A stretch of 64,000 bases of DNA from a virus (lineage: Duplodnaviria; Caudoviricetes), in the IMG/VR virus record IMGVR_UViG_3300031951_000008, one strand, 5' to 3'. Made by a program: the position numbers and the translations under genes. Shown here piece by piece: positions 56,875 through 64,000 of the stretch. Positions within the stretch are counted from its first letter, which is position 1. Each line of letters starts with the position of its first letter. The notes under the pieces were generated by a model. The model saw only the letters and a program-made list of their open reading frames with translations. It did not search any database and was not told the DNA's origin.

Positions 56875-58476
56875 CTACCATATAAAGAAATAGTTAGGTT
56901 CTTGAAAATAATTGGTAACTACTTTCGCTATATGTTTGGGTTCATATTTCTGCCTATAATTGTCTTTAAGAGCAGCAGGCACTAACACTATTATAGTTTT
57001 AGCACAATGCCTATATTCGAGTGCGTCTAGAATCTTAAGCTCTACATAGTCATATCTAAAATCGTGGTCATATATTACTGCGTCGACCTTTCCATTGAAT
57101 GCTTCATAATTAAGGCCAATAAAGCTGTCGAACCCTAGGTCTACGGCTTTGTTAAATCTTCTATCATCAAGATGAACATAAGTACAGCCAGCGAGAGATG
57201 CAGCAATGGCCCGTGCCCCAGTCCCAGTATGCAAGTCTAATATTTTGCCCTTTATGTTAAGTCTTTGAAATAAGTATCTGTATGTCGACGGATTAGGAGT
57301 TTTAAATGTGAACCTATGATGGTTTCGTCTTGTTATAGCTTTTACTAAGTGGTGATAATCGAATGGATTGCTTGAGCCTATCATGTCTCTAATGACTGAG
57401 AAGCATACATCTGGTTTCTTTAATACTCTGTCATATATTTCCGACATGTCGAAAAAATGCTGCATAATATACCGACCAGGAGCTTTTGCTATACTCGCCA
57501 TGAAGCAGCCTTCTTTTATATAATCCTTCTCCCTCGTCTTTTTCAATAGCTCTAAATCTTCTTGTATAACATTATCTGGAAATAGTGGCCAAATATATCC
57601 TCGCTTATTTAGCATATAATTATATTGATGTACCGCTAAATCACGTTCCAGCTTTGTCGCATTGTTCAAATCCTTTCTAGGAATCATTATATGTGCTGGA
57701 TAGGGGTTATGACCCGTAAGATCAGCGTATTGCTCTATTATAGGTGGTACATTGTTTATCTTCCAGTCATCCAAAGACATAGCTGAAAATCTATAAACAG
57801 CGACTTGGTTATCCTTAAAAGTAACAGCAACCTGGGCCTTGGTGATTTTTATACTTTTGACGTGTGGATGGTCTCTCAGCTTCTTCAGGGCTACCTTGTA
57901 GTTAAATGACAACTGCCGCTTAGTATTATGCTTTAGATATCTCACCCTTTTCGGGATATTAAACTTAACTAGCCAATCAGAGAATTTGGAATTGGATATG
58001 CCAGCTAATTTAGCACATTGCCTCTCCGTGAGACCTAGTTCTACATAGTGCTTATGACACCACGCCTTAGTACAATTCGGGTTTTTAGACTTATTGCCGA
58101 ATTTAGGCACTCCAAGCTTTCTCAATATTCTGTGTATCAAAACGTGAGAAATTCCAACTGCTCTTTGAACCGCCTTTACTCCATAACGCTGTGTATTTTC
58201 CGTCAGCCACTCTTTAGTTCTCCAATTAGCAGGGACTTCACCGATTTCTTGTTTAATGGAAATAGGCCTTTTCTTGGTCTTTGGCCTATTGCCCTCTATG
58301 CCAGCCAATTTTCGTAGCTTACGGACTGAAGCTGTCGACATACCGATAACCATTGCATGATCTGCTACTGACAAGTATGAGTGAGATTCAAACCATTTCC
58401 GCAGACTAGCTGGGTCTTTTTTGTTTACACGTTCGAACTGTTTACGCAGTCGCGAGTATTCTGAATCAATTATCAT
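56875..58476 (-). CDS. Multi-HTH protein fused to a degenerate SAM methyltransferase-like domain
   Basis: Three HTH-like segments in the N-terminal third; C-terminal ILDLHTGTGARAIAA (motif I) but YDHDF instead of DPPY/SPPY. Confidence 0.55.
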   Translation of the reverse strand: MIIDSEYSRLRKQFERVNKKDPASLRKWFESHSYLSVADHAMVIGMSTASVRKLRKLAGIEGNRPKTKKRPISIKQEIGEVPANWRTKEWLTENTQRYGVKAVQRAVGISHVLIHRILRKLGVPKFGNKSKNPNCTKAWCHKHYVELGLTERQCAKLAGISNSKFSDWLVKFNIPKRVRYLKHNTKRQLSFNYKVALKKLRDHPHVKSIKITKAQVAVTFKDNQVAVYRFSAMSLDDWKINNVPPIIEQYADLTGHNPYPAHIMIPRKDLNNATKLERDLAVHQYNYMLNKRGYIWPLFPDNVIQEDLELLKKTREKDYIKEGCFMASIAKAPGRYIMQHFFDMSEIYDRVLKKPDVCFSVIRDMIGSSNPFDYHHLVKAITRRNHHRFTFKTPNPSTYRYLFQRLNIKGKILDLHTGTGARAIAASLAGCTYVHLDDRRFNKAVDLGFDSFIGLNYEAFNGKVDAVIYDHDFRYDYVELKILDALEYRHCAKTIIVLVPAALKDNYRQKYEPKHIAKVVTNYFQEPNYFFIW

Positions 58477-58484
58477 TGTAAGTA

Positions 58485-59555
58485 TTAACAGTGAATGAGG
58501 CTGACGGACTCAGTTATGTATCTTCCCAGCCTCGGCGAGTAGTATGTTATTACTGATTCTTCTAATTCTTCGTCTGTAGTGTTAATAGATATTGGTTCTT
58601 GCGGTGCTAGTTCTTCTTGTGGTGGCAATTGTTGTGCTGATTGTGATGGTTGTACTGGTGCTTGTGGCTCTAGTAATTTATCTTCATCGGGGGCTTTAGG
58701 ACGCATTAATTCTTGTTGGTTCTCTCGCCTTTCTTGCTCGAAGTCTCTTCTATTAGACGTTTTTTGCTGAGCTAGTGGCGGGGCGGCTTCTTTTCCTTTA
58801 TCAGCTTGGATTTCTGGGCCAATCTGATCTGGTGGTAGTTCTGGTGCCAGGCCAGGTACCTGTCGCCTTCTCAAGTCTTTAGCAGCTTTAACAAGAGGGA
58901 CATCTTCTCGACGTTCTACACCAGATGTAGAGTTATCATATTCAGCATCTTGCTTTTCTTTGTTAGCCATTTGCATTTCGGGAGAGTTAGGATCTGCGGC
59001 TGGAGCTTGCTGTAATTTTTGAACAGTATCATCTAACTCCTGCCTCATTTGCTGAAGATCCTGAGGATACTTGGGTTGTGCGTCCTGCGTTCTTTGATCC
59101 TTCGACTTGAACATGCTACTTATCTTATTCTTTACCCAATCCTTAGCGGTCTTCATTATACCATACTTAGGATACATTACATCCGTATCAACGCCACGTA
59201 TATAGGCAGCGTTGTAGGTTCTATAATAATTAGCGAATATATCCGGCAGTAATCTCTTACCCAAATGATAGCGTCGATATAAATTGCCAGCAGCCATAAT
59301 CTTAGGCAGTTCTTTGGCTAACTCTGTATATTGCTTTTGGGTGAGATAATTAAGGTTAATTCCGCCGACAAGATTATTTCTGGTGGTCGGATGGCGATAT
59401 GCCCCTAATAGTAGAATATCAGGATTTGGGTCATTGTTGAAGTTACTGTAATCGAACTTCCATCTCGGACCCTCTCCGTCCTCACAGAGGACTACCTCGG
59501 CTAGTATCTCTCTAGCTTCATTTAAAGAGATGGTAACAAGGTCTTCGTATTTCAT
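58485..59555 (-). CDS. DNA end protector (T4 gp2)-like protein with Q/P-rich tail
   Basis: F.Y...D..P.ILLL....GGINLNYL....YYRTY...I pattern; SLNEA/ILAE motifs at the N-terminus and LEES/ITES at the C-terminus. Confidence 0.5.
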   Translation of the reverse strand: MKYEDLVTISLNEAREILAEVVLCEDGEGPRWKFDYSNFNNDPNPDILLLGAYRHPTTRNNLVGGINLNYLTQKQYTELAKELPKIMAAGNLYRRYHLGKRLLPDIFANYYRTYNAAYIRGVDTDVMYPKYGIMKTAKDWVKNKISSMFKSKDQRTQDAQPKYPQDLQQMRQELDDTVQKLQQAPAADPNSPEMQMANKEKQDAEYDNSTSGVERREDVPLVKAAKDLRRRQVPGLAPELPPDQIGPEIQADKGKEAAPPLAQQKTSNRRDFEQERRENQQELMRPKAPDEDKLLEPQAPVQPSQSAQQLPPQEELAPQEPISINTTDEELEESVITYYSPRLGRYITESVSLIHC

Positions 59556-62035
59556 ATGCTACGAATTATAGCCGCATTTTTCAAAACTAGCTGCCTAGAT
59601 TCGTTGATGCTCTTTGGCCGCTTAATTGAAACGAGATAGTCATTGCCTGCGAAGTGGTTATCTTCGCAAGCTATTTGTGCTGCTATATTTACATATGGTA
59701 TAGCATCGTGTGAGAATTCAAGTACGGCTTCCCGACCTTCTGTCTGTAGTATGCCCATACCATTGGCAGTATTAATGAATGAGTGCAAAGCTGCTTCCGT
59801 AGGCATAGTCAAGATTGCTTTAATTGGCTTTCTTGAGAATGGTATTCGTATGTCGTACCGTCTTCTGCATTCGTTAAGTGCTCTATCGAGCCTCGCAGCA
59901 ATGAGACGCGATGCGTTCTGTAGAAGCATAAAGTCTACCGCGTCCATTGACTCTAATATCGGTAACTCTTTGGCTAAGTAACTCTCAGCAAATCCCTCGG
60001 CTTTAAATCGATTTAAGTTGCTGGTAGCCGCAGCTATTCTGAGCTTCATCAAGCCGTTCAAGTATGCAGTGCTGACTGCCTTGTTTGAAATGGCTGTATC
60101 AGTTTTCTTAGAGATATCGACTTCCTTGCCGGTTCTCTTGTCGATGTACGTAGACTTCATACCAGGTGCTTCAGCTTTGGCGGACCTAGCAGTCTGGATG
60201 CCTAACTGTTCGAATTCCTTTACTTCCGCAGTCATTTCGTCCTGAATCTCTTTGGGATGCATCTGTGGATAATCACGCCGAGTCCATATAGAGTGCCAAA
60301 GTTCTCCGGATGGTGTTGGCTCGATCTCAGGGTCTTCGTTGGGAGACCACCAGCCAACAGCATCTCTAGGCTTGGATAGATTAGATCTTGTAACGCCCTT
60401 ACCAGGATATTGGCTTGCGATCTTACCTAAATGCCGCAATACGAAACGGAATTCATTAGCCGACATCGGGCCGCCTATCTTGGCAATACCAGATTGTTGC
60501 CATGGCTGCGATTCTGCTGCCGTGGGCTTCCTGGTCTCAGCCCCTAAATCTAGAGCTATTTGATTAAGCTTAGGCGATTTGGCGATGATGCCGGATAAAT
60601 TGTAATTCAATGCGATCTGCAGCAAAACATTAAGCCGGTCAGCTGCTTCTCGTCCTGCTAGTGTGAATTCTACTTCGGAGTCTTCGTCGGCTTGAGTGAA
60701 GTATTTGCTCTCTAATGATCGACCAGACTTCGCTTCAACGTCTTGCTTATTACCCAGATCGTCTTCTACATCGAGGCTACTAACACCCTTTGTTAGATTG
60801 ACGGCTCTAGTTTCGCCTTCGTAGGAGCCACTTCCCAACCATTCAGGAGCATCTGGGAAAGTCTTTTTGGTTTTTGCCCAGACAAACTGGCCTGGACTGG
60901 CTTCAGTCCATCGGTAGTATGCAACGTTCTTTCTCGATCCAGTAGATACAGCCTGTCCTAGGCCTGTTGAAGCACCTCTGATCGGGGTTTCTTCTAACTC
61001 GATCTCATCCTGTAGCTGGCGTATACGGGCCTGAGTAGCTTCAATCCTATCCTGGTTTCCACTCTCTAGTGCGTCGGCATAATCCATCGCAATAGCGTAG
61101 ACACGACTTGAGTATTGCTCGAAAGGATTGTCCGGATGCTTATCATAGCTCTTCTTGGTTCGGAAGGGTCCTTTAATTTGATCCGCTATCGCTCTGGCTT
61201 GAACTGGTTTTTTAACGGCTAGCAAAGCATCTAAGCCTTTTAATCCTGTCTTTTGCGATTTTCCACCAATAGTTTGTGTCGCCTCACCGCCTTTTGCCTT
61301 TATGCCTGCTATTGATCCGCCGATGCCGTGTTCTATAGCACCGGCAATATTTCGTGTAACGAAGGATATAAACGCCGACCTGGATTCGTCTACGCCAGGC
61401 TGCATCATCTTTGATAACTCGATCGCTCCATTTTGATAGAGGTCATTTATAAATTGGTTATCGTTACCTCGGCCATATTTTCCGGCAATTTTCTTAGCGA
61501 TGCGGTACAATGGTGCTCCACCCATACTCCCGGCTTTAGGACTGCGGGGATTGGGCTTGTTAGAATATAAAGCATTCATATCACCAGCATAAGCTATTGC
61601 TACCTCGTCTTGCGTCCATTGAGGAGCCGCTCCACCGGGCTGATAACCTGGAGGTGGGGGGTATCCACCTCTGCTCGTCCAGGGCTTAGTCTCATACTTA
61701 GGACTAGCTGTCAGTGGCCCAATGGTATGGAAAAGAACATCTTCAGCATACTGTCTATCGTAACCAGGAGCGTACGGGTCTTTCCAATTTGCACCTGGTA
61801 CAAATGAGGCACCTGGTTTTCTCTTCGCAGTAGGAGTGCTCGTTTGTGACGTAGTAGCAGATGGACCAGCTGCGGCTGGTTCTTCTTCTACTTGATCAGT
61901 CGACTGTTTCGTTTGGTCTTCTGATTCATCGTCATAGATATCAGAAAAATCTACGTTCAATGCTTCATTGATACCGCTAACACGTCTTAATTTCTGTTCT
62001 AAAATCGAATCTAGTGAACCAATAAAACTTTTCAT
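59552..62035 (-). CDS. Insertion-expanded sigma-70-family RNA polymerase sigma factor
   Basis: aa140-156 WTQDEVAIAYAGDMNAL (r1.2/2.1); aa198-238 DLYQNGAIELSKMM...FISFVTRNIAGAIEHGI aligns without gaps to RpoD DLIQEGNIGLMKAV...FSTYATWWIRQAITRSI; SSLDVEDDLG (r3.2); MSANEFRFVLRHLG (r4.1); MHPKEIQDEM and ISNKAVSTAYLNGLMKLR (r4.2). Confidence 0.75.
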   Translation of the reverse strand: MKSFIGSLDSILEQKLRRVSGINEALNVDFSDIYDDESEDQTKQSTDQVEEEPAAAGPSATTSQTSTPTAKRKPGASFVPGANWKDPYAPGYDRQYAEDVLFHTIGPLTASPKYETKPWTSRGGYPPPPGYQPGGAAPQWTQDEVAIAYAGDMNALYSNKPNPRSPKAGSMGGAPLYRIAKKIAGKYGRGNDNQFINDLYQNGAIELSKMMQPGVDESRSAFISFVTRNIAGAIEHGIGGSIAGIKAKGGEATQTIGGKSQKTGLKGLDALLAVKKPVQARAIADQIKGPFRTKKSYDKHPDNPFEQYSSRVYAIAMDYADALESGNQDRIEATQARIRQLQDEIELEETPIRGASTGLGQAVSTGSRKNVAYYRWTEASPGQFVWAKTKKTFPDAPEWLGSGSYEGETRAVNLTKGVSSLDVEDDLGNKQDVEAKSGRSLESKYFTQADEDSEVEFTLAGREAADRLNVLLQIALNYNLSGIIAKSPKLNQIALDLGAETRKPTAAESQPWQQSGIAKIGGPMSANEFRFVLRHLGKIASQYPGKGVTRSNLSKPRDAVGWWSPNEDPEIEPTPSGELWHSIWTRRDYPQMHPKEIQDEMTAEVKEFEQLGIQTARSAKAEAPGMKSTYIDKRTGKEVDISKKTDTAISNKAVSTAYLNGLMKLRIAAATSNLNRFKAEGFAESYLAKELPILESMDAVDFMLLQNASRLIAARLDRALNECRRRYDIRIPFSRKPIKAILTMPTEAALHSFINTANGMGILQTEGREAVLEFSHDAIPYVNIAAQIACEDNHFAGNDYLVSIKRPKSINESRQLVLKNAAIIRSI

Positions 62036-62057
62036 TGTTATCTCCCTTGTTATATAA

Positions 62058-62065
62058 TAAATTTG
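62058..62065 (-). promoter_or_regulatory. Candidate late-promoter motif CAAAnnTA (CAAATTTA on minus strand)
   Basis: In the 38-nt gap upstream of the sigma-like gene, before its AAGGGAG RBS. Confidence 0.5.
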
Positions 62066-62073
62066 CAGTGGTA

Positions 62074-62727
62074 TTAATGCATCAAATATTTGGCTATGAT
62101 GGCTTCCTCTTCTTCATCTACTGATGACTTGAGGATAGTGTTCTTTGGACCTTTGATGGCTTTGATAACTAACTTAGGACAATTAACTATCGATACAGCC
62201 ATGTTGTTGTGACTAAATTTTTGGATAAGACTTAGTTCTTCATTTTTATCTATATTGTCGTAGTCAATTCCGTTTGGCCTGATAAACATGCATGTGTCAT
62301 ATACAGCTACACCTCTGACCTGATAAGTAGCGTTTCCGGTAATATGACTATACTGAAGAGTTTTTCCCAACATGACCATACTAGCTGGTTCTGCTGCCAT
62401 AGCCTTAGCAAGAGTGCTTAAATAATGAGGCTCGTAATGATAATCAAGTCTGAATTGAGCTATAATTTGCCCGTTCGCGTGAGATAATCCAAAATTTCTA
62501 GCAGTGCCAGCAGGTAGGAAGATCGGTGTATCAATAAGAATGACGTTAGCCTTGGCCGCTATGTTTAGTGTACTAGCTTCATGCTGTGTTGGCCGGTTGT
62601 TGACAATGATCAACTCTTTATAATCATAATCTTGCGATTCAAATCCCTCAATCGCTTTTAATAGCCCGTTATAATCGTTGCCTTTATATATCAGTACACA
62701 TGAGATAAGAGGAATGTCTTGAGTCAT
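62074..62727 (-). CDS. GT2-like glycosyltransferase
   Basis: PLISCVL, QDYDYKELIIVNN, GTARNFGLSHANGQIIAQF. Confidence 0.7.
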   Translation of the reverse strand: MTQDIPLISCVLIYKGNDYNGLLKAIEGFESQDYDYKELIIVNNRPTQHEASTLNIAAKANVILIDTPIFLPAGTARNFGLSHANGQIIAQFRLDYHYEPHYLSTLAKAMAAEPASMVMLGKTLQYSHITGNATYQVRGVAVYDTCMFIRPNGIDYDNIDKNEELSLIQKFSHNNMAVSIVNCPKLVIKAIKGPKNTILKSSVDEEEEAIIAKYLMH

Positions 62728-63638
62728 TAGCTTCCTATATAGTCTAGACCACTGGAAATAGCTTTCCAGGCTTCTGAGAATTGAGACACCTCTTTTAATG
62801 TCCCATTATTGTATGATCTTTGTATGTATTCTGACAGCTTAGCGAACCATGGTAACCATTCATCTCTATGTTGTATAGCAGCATCATTGGCTGTCTTGGC
62901 CGCTGAAATTATTTCTGCAACATCGGTAAATTTACCGCTATCGATTTGTGTAGCTATGCTTTTAAATGCGGCGGCTAGTTTTTGTGCGTCTAACTTAATA
63001 TCTTCTTCTTGATTAGTTTCTGTTCTGATAACCAAGTTAGTCCATTCGGCGACAGATTTAGCAAGACCCTCTAATGGCACTGACGGGTTCGTGGGAATAG
63101 GCGGATTAGGCTCTGCTGGCGTTGTAGGTTCAGTAGGATTGGGGTTTATCGGTGTAACAGGCTCATCGGGCCTTCCAACGCTGACTATGACACTCTGAGT
63201 GCTAGACCTCTGTACAACATCGATTATTTTATCATTGTCCTTAACTGTATAAACAAATGATGTCGTAAGGATAACTGTATAATTTGCTGGTGCGGTCCCT
63301 GTTCCAAAAATCGCCCTTGTACCATCAGGCCAAACAAGCAAGTCTCTCTTAGGCAATATTGTCCAGGCGTAGGATATTGAGTGCAAATTGCTGGTCTTAG
63401 TGTCGACGGTCGTATTTAAGACGACTAATTCACCAATATCGATCGGCTTTTCAGCACCCGTGATATTGATCGTTGGTGTTTGGGCCTCAAATGCCGTTAT
63501 GCTGCTAGGTTGGTTTTGCTTTTGTGTGAACCCATTGAATTTCGAATTAGGATTAATCAAATCGAAATTCTGAGCCAAAGCGGACTGTGCCAATGCTGCG
63601 GCACACACCAAAATAAATGCTGCTCTGTACACTGGCAC
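62727..63638 (-). CDS. Secreted protein with Ig/PKD-like N-domain, Pro-rich linker and helical C-domain
   Basis: Signal-like MPVYRAAFILVCAAALAQSALA; SYAWTI; PVTPINPNPTEPTTP; W.PWF...AWKAISSGL. Confidence 0.7.
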   Translation of the reverse strand: MPVYRAAFILVCAAALAQSALAQNFDLINPNSKFNGFTQKQNQPSSITAFEAQTPTINITGAEKPIDIGELVVLNTTVDTKTSNLHSISYAWTILPKRDLLVWPDGTRAIFGTGTAPANYTVILTTSFVYTVKDNDKIIDVVQRSSTQSVIVSVGRPDEPVTPINPNPTEPTTPAEPNPPIPTNPSVPLEGLAKSVAEWTNLVIRTETNQEEDIKLDAQKLAAAFKSIATQIDSGKFTDVAEIISAAKTANDAAIQHRDEWLPWFAKLSEYIQRSYNNGTLKEVSQFSEAWKAISSGLDYIGS

Positions 63639-63678
63639 AATCTCCTTGACTTATGGATCAATAACTTAAGATCTTGGT

Positions 63679-64000
63679 TTAGAGAGCTTGGGTGAGCAAG
63701 TACTCTAGCAACTTCTCGGCGGCGAACTTTAGGATCGCCTTCCAGTCGATAATAGCTTGTGCAGAAACTCCATCTGCTTGAGCTAACACTTTTTCCATCT
63801 CGGCGAGAGGATCACAGACACTTTGAGCGGAAGCACAATTTCCACCGCAGCAAGTCTCCGGAGCCGATTGGCTGGAAAGGTTGAAGCTAGTCTCGCCAAG
63901 CAAACGACTTTGTGCGTATCCTTGTACAACCCAGAGGTCATGGGCGAATTCGGCTTTTTTACTAGCAATCTCTCCGCTGCGTGCGATATTGATGACATTA
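63679..64000 (-). CDS. Hypothetical protein (5' end outside window)
   Basis: Frame of 63679..63903 stays open to the window end: ...AEFAHDLWVVQGYAQSRLLG...IDWKAILKFAAEKLL. Confidence 0.65.
   Translation of the reverse strand, partial: NVINIARSGEIASKKAEFAHDLWVVQGYAQSRLLGETSFNLSSQSAPETCCGGNCASAQSVCDPLAEMEKVLAQADGVSAQAIIDWKAILKFAAEKLLEYLLTQAL

Noticed and set aside
1-64000. Stop-codon recoding, or giant-virus (NCLDV) origin
   Set aside because: Conserved genes are intact in code 11 and no suppressor tRNA was seen. gp20/gp21/gp23-type head genes and Shine-Dalgarno sites indicate a bacterial tailed phage, despite the NRS/ER-like and short DnaE genes.

Overview
Segment of a large T4-like-head tailed phage (Caudoviricetes), standard genetic code, very dense coding, with no integrase or CRISPR array seen. 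It opens with the head module: a 5'-truncated gp20 portal, a 984-aa acidic core-like protein, the gp21 prohead protease, a scaffold and the gp23 major capsid protein. An accessory region follows. It holds a tRNA-Leu(TAA), two tRNA-like RNAs with broken anticodon arms, a spore photoproduct lyase, a thermonuclease, PhoH, dTDP-rhamnose genes, a PHP-less DnaE, an Ntn hydrolase, methyl- and glycosyltransferases, RarA, and an AAA plus VWA-metallopeptidase pair. The window then carries a fibre/structural block, Tmk and dUTPase, and a leftward block with a T7 gp0.7-like kinase, a gp2-like DNA end protector and an 827-aa protein. The best candidate for a new system is that 827-aa protein. It is a sigma-70-family factor (regions 1.2/2, 3.2 and 4 readable by eye) inflated by large insertions and bracketed by (I/L/F)-x-E motifs like those cut by T4-type prohead proteases. 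It also sits behind a candidate late-promoter motif (CAAAnnTA) shared with head and fibre genes. This suggests a virion-packaged, protease-matured sigma factor injected with other tagged cargo (kinase, Ntn hydrolase zymogen). Several Cys-rich secreted proteins suggest a Planctomycetota host. All family calls come from motif recognition by eye; no database search was run.
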